A DNA stretch of 64,000 bases. Source: an uncultured delta proteobacterium (GTDB lineage Bacteria > Desulfobacterota > Binatia > UBA9968). The position numbers and the translations under genes were made by a program. The DNA lies in the NCBI GenBank assembly GCA_963727625.1, contig CAVSHR010000005.1:384001-448000 (forward strand), given 5' to 3'. Position 1 is the stretch's first letter. Every line of letters starts with the position of its first letter. Of this stretch, positions 36,433-46,082 are shown one piece after another. The notes beneath the pieces were generated by a model, which saw only the letters and a program-made list of their open reading frames with translations, did no database searches and was not told the DNA's origin.

Positions 36433-37380
36433 CTATTTCATCGCTTCCCCTGCGAGGGAAAAGTCGAAGATCTTCTCGGCCGGCACCGCTTCTTTGACGC
36501 GCAGCGCTTCGCGGCCGATTTCGATGATCTCCTTCTCAGCGTCGACGCTCAAGCGGCCGCCAGGCAACACATACGGCGCATCGTCGTCATACATGCGGCG
36601 CGCCAGCTGGGCATCTTTGATGCCGAGCCGTTTCTGAATGTACGGCACCATGATATCGGGACTTCCCTGATACACTTTCAAGCAGTGGTTCCAGGCGCGC
36701 AGAAAGCGTACCAGCTTTCCCCGCTTCTGTTTGATGTTCGAGTCGGTTAAAACCACGCCGGTCTGCAAGTAACGCATATAGTCGCGGCCGCGGCCAAAGA
36801 CTTTGTAACCCTAATCCTGAGCCAGACAGGTGGCCGGCGGGGTCATCATGGCGCCGGCTACTCTACCCGAGTAAAGGGATTGCAATCGCGCCGGCGTGTC
36901 CATGCTTAAAAAAGTCGCGTCTTTCTGCGGGTCCAGCCCCTTGGCCTGGAGTATTCGCCGCGTCATGATCGCCGCGGTGCCGTCCAGCGATCCTACTGCG
37001 ATGGATTTTCCCTTTAAGTCGGCGGCGCTATTGACCGAGGCGCTAACGATCAGCTCATGAATCGGTCGGTCGCGCGTGACCGAAATGATTTTGAGCGGCA
37101 TGCCGCGTAGCGCCGCGGAAAAGCCGCTGCCGGCGTGACAAGTGACGTCGATTTCGCCCGACATCAGACTGCTTACGCCGACGATGCCTCTGACCACCGG
37201 CACCTGAAGATCCAAGCCCTCTTGCGCAAAAAAACCCTTTTCCTGACCGTAATACAGCGACATATAGCTCAGTGTCGGCCCGGGTATGCTGATATAGAAA
37301 CGCTCCGCCGCAAACGTGTGCGTACCGATCAATAATAACGACAGGAACACCGTAGCCAGAAGTCGCCGACTCAGCGCCAT
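36433..37380 (-). pseudogene. NMT1/THI5-like ABC solute-binding protein interrupted by one in-frame TAG
   Basis: Two ORF-track pieces share a frame: ...PPATCLAQD*GYKVFGRGRDYMRYLQ..., with TAG at 36811-36813. Confidence 0.85.
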
Positions 37381-37417
37381 AGTTCCTCCCGAAAATTTTT
37401 ATAGCGTTACGATAGTT

Positions 37418-39157
37418 CTATTTTCGTTCCAGCGAGGCAAACGGGCCGACCGCATGGACGATGCGCCCGCCGACCATTGTCAGCAGGGCCTGCAACGTGC
37501 GGATCTGCTCATCAGGCACGGTCAGGTAATCCGCGTTGAGCACCGCCAGATCCGCGAACTTGCCCGGTTCGATCGAACCCTTCCGCCCTTCCTGATAATC
37601 CAACCACGCGCCGCCCATGGTATAGAGCCGCAGCGCCTCCGCGCGGGTTAGATTCTGGCTCGGGCTGCGCAGCTTCGTGCCGGCCACGGTCTTGCCCGTG
37701 ATCAACCACCAGAGCGCCAGCATCGGCGAATAATTCCCCGCGCGAAAAGCGTCTGTGCCGACGCTCAACGGAATACCCGATGCGACCATCGTGCGCAACG
37801 GCGGCGCGTTGCGCGCTTTCTCGATTCCCCACAGCTCGGCGTAGCGCTCGCCGGTAAGCGCTATGCGGTTCACCAGCGCAATCGCACCGCCGAGTCCTTT
37901 GATCCGCGCGATGGTCTCGGGCGTGGCGTCTTCGAGACCGGAAAAAGTGATGCGCTGGCGCGTGAATGGCGTCACTTTATGGACCTGCTCGAGAATATCG
38001 AGCCATTGCCGAGCGGTCTGGTCGCGCGTCGTATGCATGTGAAAGTTATAGCCGCCCTCGGCGAAAAAGCGCGCCGTCCGGCGAAATTTTTCCTTGGCTG
38101 CTGCGGCTATTCCCGCACCCTTCGAATCGGGCAGAAGATCGCCATCATCGATCCCGGGAGCCAAAGTCGGCGCGAAACCGGCGAAACGAAACAGCTCATT
38201 TTGCGGCAGCCGTTTGAGCGCTTCGACGGCGATTTTCAACTGCTCCAACTCATCGCCGGGGTCGTTGGCCGCCACGTAGAAATTTAACCGTAACGACAGA
38301 TCGCCGCTGCGTGCCATTTCACCAAGCAAACGGCGGTGCGCGAAGTTGACCCCGTCGGTCTGCATGTCGCCGATGGAAGTCACGCCCAAACGGTTCAGTT
38401 CGCGAAAGGAATTGCGCAGACTCTCGCGAACCTTATCGAGGCTGAGACGAGGAATTTTTCGATAAGCATACTCCCAGGCGGCCACACCCTGCAGCCAGCC
38501 GGTAAGCTCGCCGGTATTCGGATTGCGCTCGAACTTGCCGCCCCGGGGATCGGACGTGCCCCGGCCGATGCCGACCGCAGCCATCGCCGCGCGATTTAAT
38601 AGCGCACCCTGGCGCAGGTACTGAATATAGACGGGATGATTCGGCGCCAGCGCGTCGAGCTCGGCGCGGCTGGGAAAGCGCCTTTCGGCGAACTGTGTCG
38701 GCACCCAGCCGCCGCCGACGACAATCCAGCTTCCCGGCGGCTTTGCCTTTACCGCGATGGCGATTTGTCGCAAACCGTCTGCGAGCGTGCGCAGCGACTC
38801 CCAATGAAGCTCGCTGTCCCAGCTCAAGCCGGCCACGGTCGCGTGAATATGCGAGTCGATCAGCCCGGGAATCACCGTCCGTCCCGCCAGATCGATCACT
38901 TTCGTAGACGGCGCGATCAACGGGCGAATGTCTCGATCGGTGCCCACGGCGATAAAGCGCCCGTCTCTGATCGCCACCGCCTGGCCGATCGAAAAATCGC
39001 GATCGACGGTGATAATCTTGCCGCCGCGCAAAACCATGTCGGCAGGCGTCTTGACCGCGAGCGAGCGGGCGAAGTCCACCTCAGCGCCGCTGCCACAGGC
39101 GACCAAAGTCAATGACAGTAAAATTATTGCGAGCCGTTTCAATTGAACCTCTGACAC
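37418..39157 (-). CDS. Amidohydrolase_3 (YtcJ-like) predicted lipoprotein
   Basis: Lipobox LVAC, VIPGLIDSHIH, VGTDA, KGSIEPGKFADLAVL. Confidence 0.88.
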   Translation of the reverse strand: MSEVQLKRLAIILLSLTLVACGSGAEVDFARSLAVKTPADMVLRGGKIITVDRDFSIGQAVAIRDGRFIAVGTDRDIRPLIAPSTKVIDLAGRTVIPGLIDSHIHATVAGLSWDSELHWESLRTLADGLRQIAIAVKAKPPGSWIVVGGGWVPTQFAERRFPSRAELDALAPNHPVYIQYLRQGALLNRAAMAAVGIGRGTSDPRGGKFERNPNTGELTGWLQGVAAWEYAYRKIPRLSLDKVRESLRNSFRELNRLGVTSIGDMQTDGVNFAHRRLLGEMARSGDLSLRLNFYVAANDPGDELEQLKIAVEALKRLPQNELFRFAGFAPTLAPGIDDGDLLPDSKGAGIAAAAKEKFRRTARFFAEGGYNFHMHTTRDQTARQWLDILEQVHKVTPFTRQRITFSGLEDATPETIARIKGLGGAIALVNRIALTGERYAELWGIEKARNAPPLRTMVASGIPLSVGTDAFRAGNYSPMLALWWLITGKTVAGTKLRSPSQNLTRAEALRLYTMGGAWLDYQEGRKGSIEPGKFADLAVLNADYLTVPDEQIRTLQALLTMVGGRIVHAVGPFASLERK

Positions 39158-39361
39158 TTTTCAAGAGTTGGCGGATTTTACCTTTGACGCGCTGCGATTG
39201 CGAGGCTTGGCGATTCATTTGCCCGTGCCACGTCACGTCGAAAAGATTTCTCCGAACTGGAAAAGACCTATAACGGTTGCGCGGTGTTTACCTTTGAAGT
39301 TATAGTCCGAAAACAATTCGGCGCAATCGCCGCCGTCAGCTCTGTAATTCCGAGGTGCACG

Positions 39362-40606
39362 ATGAAACCGGTACAACTTTTCTGCTGGCATTTCATGGCC
39401 TATCCCTATCTCGACAAAGATTTCGATGAAAAGGAATACACCGGCTGGGTCACCGTGCCCAACCGTCTATGGGACAACCGCAAGGCGCGCGGCCTGTACC
39501 AGGAGTATATCGACCAGCTTGCCTACGCCGATGAGCTCGGTTTCGACGGCATGGTGTTGAACGAGCATCACCAGAATATTTACGGTTTGATGCCCTCGCC
39601 CAACCTGATCGCCGCGGCGCTCTCTCAATGCACCTCCCGGGGCAAGATCGTCATCCTCGGCAACCTGTTGCCGCTGCATTTGAATCCAATGCGCGTCGCC
39701 GAAGAGTACGCCATGCTCGACCAGATGAGCGACGGTCGGCTCATCGCCGGATTTGCCCCCGGCGGTGGGCCGGAAACCTTCAACTACGACGTCCCATCGG
39801 CCAACAGCCGGGAAAAATTCTGGGAAGCCGCCGACCTGATCGTGCGCTCCTGGACCGAAGACGGGCCCTTCGCCCACGAAGGCCGGTATTTTCCGCTGCG
39901 CTATGTGAATCTCTGGCCAAAACCGCTGCAGAAACCGTTTCCGCCGGTGTGGATTCCCGGCTCGCGCAGCCCATCCACCATGACCGAAGTGGCCAAACGC
40001 GGTTATTGTTATTTTCTCTCCTCGCGCAGCCACGGTGGAGAGACCCATCGAGCGCAACAAGAATTCGCCGCCGTGCTAGAAAAACATGGTGACAAGTACC
40101 ACCCGTTCCGCTTCGGCATTTTGATGTCCACCTACGTCGCCGAAACCGATCAACAAGCGCGCGAAGAGTGCGAGGAAGGCGTGTGGTATTTCCTGAAGAA
40201 TTGTCTCAAAGGCCATCTCCGCCGGGTCGGCCGCCAACTTACCTACGGCCCAGGGGTTCCGTATATTCCCGCCGCCGCCTGGCGCGAATATCTTAAGCAC
40301 TACAAACCCGGCCAAAAACTCTTGGGCGACGTCGACAACTGGGAGGAACTGGAAGCGTCTCAATCGATCATCGTCGGCAGCCCAGAAACCGTCACGCGGC
40401 GCATTCAAAATCTCATCGAGAAGGCCAAAGTCGGCAATTTGTTGATTCAATTCCAGCTCGGCAACATGCCCAACCACCTGGCGCGGAAAAGCATGAAGCT
40501 CTTCGCCGAAAAAGTCGCGCCGGCGCTGCGCGATGCCTCTTTGACCCAGTTCACCAAAGAGTATCCCGGTGTCAATCTTGAACAAGCTGCGGAGGCGATC
40601 CATTGA
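39362..40606 (+). CDS. Luciferase-like (LLM) flavin-dependent oxidoreductase
   Basis: GFDGMVLNEHH, PMRVAEEYAMLDQMSDGRL, PKPLQKPFPPVW, IVGSPETV. Confidence 0.93.
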   Translation: MKPVQLFCWHFMAYPYLDKDFDEKEYTGWVTVPNRLWDNRKARGLYQEYIDQLAYADELGFDGMVLNEHHQNIYGLMPSPNLIAAALSQCTSRGKIVILGNLLPLHLNPMRVAEEYAMLDQMSDGRLIAGFAPGGGPETFNYDVPSANSREKFWEAADLIVRSWTEDGPFAHEGRYFPLRYVNLWPKPLQKPFPPVWIPGSRSPSTMTEVAKRGYCYFLSSRSHGGETHRAQQEFAAVLEKHGDKYHPFRFGILMSTYVAETDQQAREECEEGVWYFLKNCLKGHLRRVGRQLTYGPGVPYIPAAAWREYLKHYKPGQKLLGDVDNWEELEASQSIIVGSPETVTRRIQNLIEKAKVGNLLIQFQLGNMPNHLARKSMKLFAEKVAPALRDASLTQFTKEYPGVNLEQAAEAIH

Positions 40607-41415
40607 GCGGGCAAATCATCGAGGTCAACAAGCGTAAGGTTCAAGTCCTGGAAAGCGGCAGCGGCGCGCCGCTGCTCTATCTGCATGGCTTCGCCGATAT
40701 TCATTCGGTAAATGAAAATTGGTTGCCGTTTCATGAGCAGCTCGCCAAATCCGCCCGCCTGATCGCTCCAGCGCATCCCGGCTGCGCCCAAAGCGACGAA
40801 GACAAAGATATCGACAGTGTCGAAGACGTGGTGTTTTCCTATCTCGAACTTCTCGACGCCCTGAAGCTGACGCAATTCGATCTCGTCGGCAGCTGCGTCG
40901 GCGGCTGGATCGCCGCCGAGCTCGCCGCGCGCCATCCGGAAAAGGTCGGCAAGCTAGTCCTGATCGGCGCCACCGGCCTGTTCGTCCAAGGCGCGCTCAT
41001 CGGCGATGTCTTCATGAACGCCCAGCCCGAGTACGGTTCGAGCTATGCAACTTTGCGGACAATGCTTTTTTCCCGCGCCGACCACCCGACGGCGCTACAA
41101 ATGTTTCCCGACGGCAAAGGCGATATCGACGATGAATTGCGCCGGTATCAGATGCTGCGGCTGAGCTCGCGGATCGGTTTCAAACCGCCCTACTTCTACA
41201 ATTATTCGCTGACAAATCGCCTGCATCGCATCTCACCACCGACGCTAGCCATCTGGGGCGAGCACGACCACATGGTCCCGCGTGTTCATGGAGAAACCTA
41301 CGCCAAACGCATTCCTACTGCGACGCTGAAAATTGTTCCCGGCGCCGGCCACAGCGCCCACGTGGAAAAACCGGATGAGACGGTGAGGCTGGTTTTGGAT
41401 TTTCTCGCGAAGTAA
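40603..41415 (+). CDS. Alpha/beta hydrolase with a Cys at the nucleophile elbow
   Basis: LLYLHG, LVGSCVGGWIAAE, IWGEHD, GAGHSAHVE; 4-nt overlap with the LLM gene. Confidence 0.88.
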   Translation: MSGQIIEVNKRKVQVLESGSGAPLLYLHGFADIHSVNENWLPFHEQLAKSARLIAPAHPGCAQSDEDKDIDSVEDVVFSYLELLDALKLTQFDLVGSCVGGWIAAELAARHPEKVGKLVLIGATGLFVQGALIGDVFMNAQPEYGSSYATLRTMLFSRADHPTALQMFPDGKGDIDDELRRYQMLRLSSRIGFKPPYFYNYSLTNRLHRISPPTLAIWGEHDHMVPRVHGETYAKRIPTATLKIVPGAGHSAHVEKPDETVRLVLDFLAK

Positions 41416-41580
41416 ATTCCTCGGCCTCCATAGGTCTTAGGTAAGACCGACACAGGTTACGGCCTACATGTCCGCCGATTTTTACATGGGTATGGCACCG
41501 CCATTTGAGGAAAAAAATGATCCGTTGACTTGACTTTGCGTGGAGAAAGCGAAAAGCGAACAAATTGGGAGGAGAATTCC

Positions 41581-41835
41581 ATGAAATTATCCGTTAAGGG
41601 ATTGGCGCTTGGCTCGGCTATTACCTGGGGATTAGCAGTGCTGTTTGTGGGTCTGGTCAACTTAGGGTGGCCCTCCTATGGTACTGCCTTCCTTCAGCTC
41701 ATTAGTTCCATTTATCCGGGATATCACGCCCAGGCGTCTTTGGGGAATGTCATTGTAGGAACGCTGTACGCCGTTCTGGACGGCGCGATCGGCGGCGTGT
41801 TTTTCGGCTGGTTGTATAATCTATGCGCGAGTTAA
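41581..41835 (+). CDS. Small membrane protein (YPGY-motif, holin-like annotation family)
   Basis: GGAGGAG RBS; two TMs flanking SSIYPGYH; DGAIGGVFFGWLYN. Confidence 0.75.
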   Translation: MKLSVKGLALGSAITWGLAVLFVGLVNLGWPSYGTAFLQLISSIYPGYHAQASLGNVIVGTLYAVLDGAIGGVFFGWLYNLCAS

Positions 41836-41936
41836 AAAAGTTTGAGGAATGTCGATATCCGGGCTGGGCTTAGCACCTTTCGCCCAACTTGAAAAAGCCA
41901 TTCGCCGCTGGCCTCATCCCCGGCCAAGCCGTTTTT

Positions 41937-42845
41937 TTACTTGGCCCGAACCACGAGAACCGGCTCATCGGCGTGGCGTACCACCGTCTCGGTGACGCTA
42001 CCTACCACCCACCGTTCCATTCCCGTGCGCCCGTGCGAACACATGGCAATCAAGTTATCCGGTGTCTCGCGTCCCAGAACAATGATCTCGTCACTGGCAA
42101 TACCTTCTTTGGAAACGCACGTAACCTTCTTGACCCCCAGTTTTTTGAGTTCTGCGACCTTCTTCTCTAGATACTCGTTGGCTTCATCTCGCGCGCTAGC
42201 AATTAGCTCGCTGAAGCTGACGCCCGCATAGAAGCTTTCATTATTTGCGTAAGGGGTATACGGAATATGATAAGCACGGAATAACACAACCTCCACGTCT
42301 AGTTTCTCCGCCACTCCGGCGACCATCGGTAATAGGCTTTCCGCCAGTTCCGACCCGTCCAGCGGTATGATGATCGATTTGAGGGTCGCTTCTACTGCCG
42401 ATCTCGCTGGCCGCGTCGCTCGAACTAACAGGAGCGGGTTAGCCGCACCACGCAAAACTTTCTCCGCAATGCTCCCCAATAGGAACCGATTGAGCCCTGA
42501 ACGGCCATGGGTAGCCATCGTGATAAGGATTTCCCTATCAGTTTTCCCTTTTTCAATGATAACTTCTTCAGCTCTGCCTTTTTCAACCGTGCACTTCACC
42601 TCGGCTCCAGGAAATGTCTTGGCAACCTCACTTAGGTAGTTTTCACTGCTGCGTACACCATTCTCGATCATAGTTTCGACAAAACGAGCTTTATCTGCGG
42701 AAATGTGAGTTACCATTTCAGCGATATCAACGACCGCTAACAATTGAACCGGGATCTTGAATTTTGCTACGAAGTAGCGAGCGCACGGCAACACCTTTTC
42801 GGCGGTGTTGGACCCGTCCAATGGTATTAAAATCTGTGTATACAT
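41937..42845 (-). CDS. Tandem-domain universal stress protein
   Basis: Two ILIPLDGS ... THGRSG/SHGRTG ... GSIAEKV/GSVTETV repeats. Confidence 0.95.
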   Translation of the reverse strand: MYTQILIPLDGSNTAEKVLPCARYFVAKFKIPVQLLAVVDIAEMVTHISADKARFVETMIENGVRSSENYLSEVAKTFPGAEVKCTVEKGRAEEVIIEKGKTDREILITMATHGRSGLNRFLLGSIAEKVLRGAANPLLLVRATRPARSAVEATLKSIIIPLDGSELAESLLPMVAGVAEKLDVEVVLFRAYHIPYTPYANNESFYAGVSFSELIASARDEANEYLEKKVAELKKLGVKKVTCVSKEGIASDEIIVLGRETPDNLIAMCSHGRTGMERWVVGSVTETVVRHADEPVLVVRAK

Positions 42846-43099
42846 ACGTCCTCCTCGCTGCCCGGTTGTTATTAGGCCACGCCCCGCGGCCTGTTAAGTT
42901 GAGTTGTGTCGGAATCGTTCACCCTGTATGCGAAAACCCGGCCTCGAGAGGTCTCGATCGCGCACCACAGTTTCAAGAACCTTAGTCGTGAATTACCTTC
43001 TACCGAGATGGTGCGGGCAGCCCGGTTATTTATCGAGGCTGCTTTCTGAGAATTCGTTCAGCAACCCGAGACGCTACACGCTAGACCCAAGACTATTTG

Positions 43100-44083
43100 C
43101 TATTTCCCCCAAAGTTTCTTCACGAACCCCTCTTCCTCCAGCCGTTTTAAATAACGGTCATTGACGTAATTCCTTGCGTCGATGCCTTTGGCCTTGGGAT
43201 TACCTTCGGCGATCTGGTCGACCACGGCTTGCATCGCTGAAACGGATGGATGCGGTACCGGTTCGAGTTGTTTGACGAAGTAGTCGTAGCCTTCCGCCAC
43301 CGACTTGAGATTATTGACCCGGGTGAATTGCGCCAGGGCTTTGATCGAATAATCGCGCTCGGTCTTGAGGACTTTGATCGCTTCGAGATAGGCACGCAGG
43401 AAATTCATCACCTTGGCTTCCTGTTTGTCCAAGAACCGTTTGCTGCCAAGCAGTCCGGTATTGAAGAACGGTATATTCATCTTGACCGAATCCGCCAGGA
43501 CAAAAAGCTTGAGCCGCTCGGCCTCGATACCGAAGGGCGCGTTGGCCACCGTGCCGTCGATGTTGCCCGACTTGATCGCCGCGATGCGCGATGGCTCGTC
43601 ACCGATCTGCAAGATGCTCGCCTCTTTGACAGGATCGACGCCGAGGCGCTTGAGCATGGCGCGCATGCCGAAGTCGGCGGAAGAGCCGTAGCGGCTGACG
43701 CCGAATTTCTTGCCTTTCAATTGTTCCACCCTTTTGATCTCGGGACGGGTGATCAATTGGTAGTTGAGTTTGTCGAGCAGCCCGGCGAAATAGACGATAT
43801 CGGCGCCTTGGAGATTGGCCGCCACGCCCGGCGCACCGCTCAGCTGCGACAGGTCGAGGTTGCCGGAGATCAGCACGTGGATGTTGGTTGAGCCGCCGGG
43901 AATATAAATCGTCTCGACGTCCAGGCCGTATTTGGCGAAGAAGCCGCGGTCCTTGGCGATATGCATGAGGCCCGACTGTAAACTGACCGAACCCTGGCCA
44001 ACGCGCAGTTTATCCTGCGCCTCGGCATGGCCGGCCAAACAAAAAACAACTATTAAAGAGAGGATAAAATTAATGTTCTTCAT
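43100..44083 (-). CDS. NMT1/THI5/SsuA-like ABC solute-binding protein
   Basis: Signal peptide (AEA), IAKDRGFFAKYGLDVE, LKGKKFGVSRYGSSAD, YVNDRYLKRLEEEGFVKKLW. Confidence 0.9.
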   Translation of the reverse strand: MKNINFILSLIVVFCLAGHAEAQDKLRVGQGSVSLQSGLMHIAKDRGFFAKYGLDVETIYIPGGSTNIHVLISGNLDLSQLSGAPGVAANLQGADIVYFAGLLDKLNYQLITRPEIKRVEQLKGKKFGVSRYGSSADFGMRAMLKRLGVDPVKEASILQIGDEPSRIAAIKSGNIDGTVANAPFGIEAERLKLFVLADSVKMNIPFFNTGLLGSKRFLDKQEAKVMNFLRAYLEAIKVLKTERDYSIKALAQFTRVNNLKSVAEGYDYFVKQLEPVPHPSVSAMQAVVDQIAEGNPKAKGIDARNYVNDRYLKRLEEEGFVKKLWGK

Positions 44084-44221
44084 AGCGCCCTAGTAGCACA
44101 TCAGCCTCGCGCGCGGCAATGGCAATTCGCCGGCGCGGCGGGAATTTATGCAAGGTGGGACGTTGATCGATTCAGCTCAGTGTGCAATGTTCGACGGGAT
44201 CGCTACACTAAGGAGGCAGTT

Positions 44222-44428
44222 ATGGCTGATGTTACGGCGAAAGCCCTCAAAAACGGACCCTACGAAGTCGCCGGCGGCGCCATGGTGCAGGACCATACGG
44301 GTAGGGAATATGGGGAGAGCGCCATCGATCCGCTCTACCTAGGCCGCTGCGGCGCATCGAAAAACAAACCCTTCTGCGACGGCAGCCACGAGAACATCGG
44401 GTTCAAAGCCGAAGAGACGGCGAAATAA
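44222..44428 (+). CDS. CDGSH iron-sulfur domain protein (first Cys replaced by Gly)
   Basis: AAGGAGG RBS, NGPYEV, LGRCGASKNKPFCDGSH. Confidence 0.85.
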   Translation: MADVTAKALKNGPYEVAGGAMVQDHTGREYGESAIDPLYLGRCGASKNKPFCDGSHENIGFKAEETAK

Positions 44429-44444
44429 AGAAAATCTTTCAAAC

Positions 44445-44502
44445 CAATACTCCAGCACTCCCGCGGGGCGGGGGACCCGAAGGCTCTCGTCATGGAGTGT
44501 TG
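44445..44502. repeat. CAATACTCCA-type palindrome
   Basis: caatactcca ... tggagtgttg downstream of the CDGSH gene. Confidence 0.45.
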
Positions 44503-44555
44503 CGCAAGCGCCAGAGCAGGCTCAAATCAATCTACGTTGCGGGAAGGAGAAACCC

Positions 44556-45284
44556 ATGCAGGGAAAAATTGTCATCGTTACCGGCGGCGCCAAGGGAATC
44601 GGCCGTCACGCCGCCCTCACGCTTGCGAAGGCGGGCGCGAAAGTCGTGCTCGCCGACACCGACGTCGAGCGCATGCACAAGGCGCTCAGCGAGATCCGGC
44701 AGATCACCGATCAAGCCGTCGCCGTGCCCACGGACGTGCGCGATGAAAAAGACGTGCGCCGTCTGATGCACGAGGCGATGGATCGTTTCGGCCAGATCGA
44801 CGCCTTGATCAACGACGCCGGCATCGTACCCCATTTCAACTGGGGCGTCCCGCGCTGGCCGCGCGTGCGCTTCTTGAGCAAAGATTTCTGGGACAGCGTC
44901 ATTCAGACCAACTTAGGCGGAACATTTCTTTGCACCAAGTACGTCGTGCCGTTCATGGAAGAGCGCCGCTCGGGAAATATCGTCAATCTGTGGGGCGGCG
45001 GGCGGGCGGAAAATCACGGCGCGTCGCCCTACGTCGTCAGCAAGGATGCCATCCGGACCTTTACCCGCTTCGTCGCCGAAGAAGAGCGCGAGTGGAACGT
45101 CTGCGTCGTCGCCTTCAGCCCGAAACAAGCGATCGCCACCGAAGACGCGCCCGCAGAAGCGCGCCAGCGCTTGCCCGGGCCGGAAAGTCTCGGGAACGGC
45201 TTCGTGCTTGCGGCGCAAGCGGGCATGGAGATGACCGGCAAGACCGTCGAACACCGCGACGGCAAGTTGGTGGCGGCGGATTAG
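44556..45284 (+). CDS. Short-chain dehydrogenase/reductase
   Basis: VTGGAKGIG, INDAGI, YVVSK catalytic motif. Confidence 0.92.
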   Translation: MQGKIVIVTGGAKGIGRHAALTLAKAGAKVVLADTDVERMHKALSEIRQITDQAVAVPTDVRDEKDVRRLMHEAMDRFGQIDALINDAGIVPHFNWGVPRWPRVRFLSKDFWDSVIQTNLGGTFLCTKYVVPFMEERRSGNIVNLWGGGRAENHGASPYVVSKDAIRTFTRFVAEEEREWNVCVVAFSPKQAIATEDAPAEARQRLPGPESLGNGFVLAAQAGMEMTGKTVEHRDGKLVAAD

Positions 45285-45310
45285 CGACGTCCAGATCCGA
45301 ACCCAAAACC

Positions 45311-45392
45311 TTCACCGCGAAAGCGCTGAGGACGCGAAGAAACGTCGTTGGCCAAATCCTCCGTGAACTCTGCGGCTCGGCCGTGATGAATC
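45311..45392. repeat. Degenerate REP-like palindrome
   Basis: ttcaccgcgaaagcgctgag ... ctctgcggctcggccgtgatgaa imperfect arms just after the SDR stop. Confidence 0.4.
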
Positions 45393-45581
45393 CGGACTGA
45401 AATTTGAACGGTTCTGCCCCACAAAACGATTAGGAGGTCATCATGGGAGCGCCGTGTTGAAGAACCACGACCTCCAAATCGAAGACGTTTAATGCCTGCT
45501 CCGCCTCCTCGACAATCCGGTTAAATTCCGTTTGACCAAAGTCCGCCTGTTCTGTAAATTCTACGATCCAGGAGGTGATCT

Positions 45582-45998
45582 ATGATTGCGATAATCGACC
45601 AAATGAAGGATCTTGTTAATAACGCCTTGGCCAACGGATGTCCCTGTATTCTCGCCACGGTTTCCGGCGACGGCGAGCCGGACATCGGCTACAAGGGCAG
45701 CATGATGGTGTTCGACGACAGTTCCCTGGCCTACTGGGAACGCACCAAGCGCCAGCACATGAAAAACGTCAAAGAGAACTCCAAGGTTGTCGTGCTATTC
45801 CGCGACACCAAATCCAAAGCCGCCTGGCGCTTTCACGGCAAGGCGACCCTGCACGAGGATGGGGCGATCCGCGAGCAAGTGATGGCCCGCACGGTGAAGG
45901 AAGAGCTCGACAAGGACCCCGAACGCAAAGGCGCCGCGGTGGTGATTAGCCTCGATAAAATTACCAATATGGGCGGCCAGGTTTTGCAGAGCCGCTAG
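45582..45998 (+). CDS. Pyridoxamine 5'-phosphate oxidase-like (split-barrel flavin-binding) protein
   Basis: ILATVSGDGEPDIGYKGS, NVKENSKV, WRFHGKA; GGAGGTG RBS. Confidence 0.88.
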   Translation: MIAIIDQMKDLVNNALANGCPCILATVSGDGEPDIGYKGSMMVFDDSSLAYWERTKRQHMKNVKENSKVVVLFRDTKSKAAWRFHGKATLHEDGAIREQVMARTVKEELDKDPERKGAAVVISLDKITNMGGQVLQSR

Positions 45999-46051
45999 TC
46001 CAGGTACCTCTTCGCCGCTGGAACTTCGTTTCAATCAATCCGCGCTCACGG

Positions 46052-46082
46052 CTTCATGCTCGTCACACCGGCGAGCATGAAG
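46052..46082. terminator. Hairpin between convergent genes, likely terminator
   Basis: Perfect 11-bp inverted repeat cttcatgctcg / cgagcatgaag. Confidence 0.6.

Noticed and set aside
36811-36813. Pyrrolysine or recoded TAG
   Set aside because: TAG ends normal genes in this window (for example 33879, 45284, 45998), and no pyl genes or methylamine methyltransferase context is present.
41493-41508. TGGCAC as a sigma54 promoter
   Set aside because: No GC at the required GG-N10-GC position.
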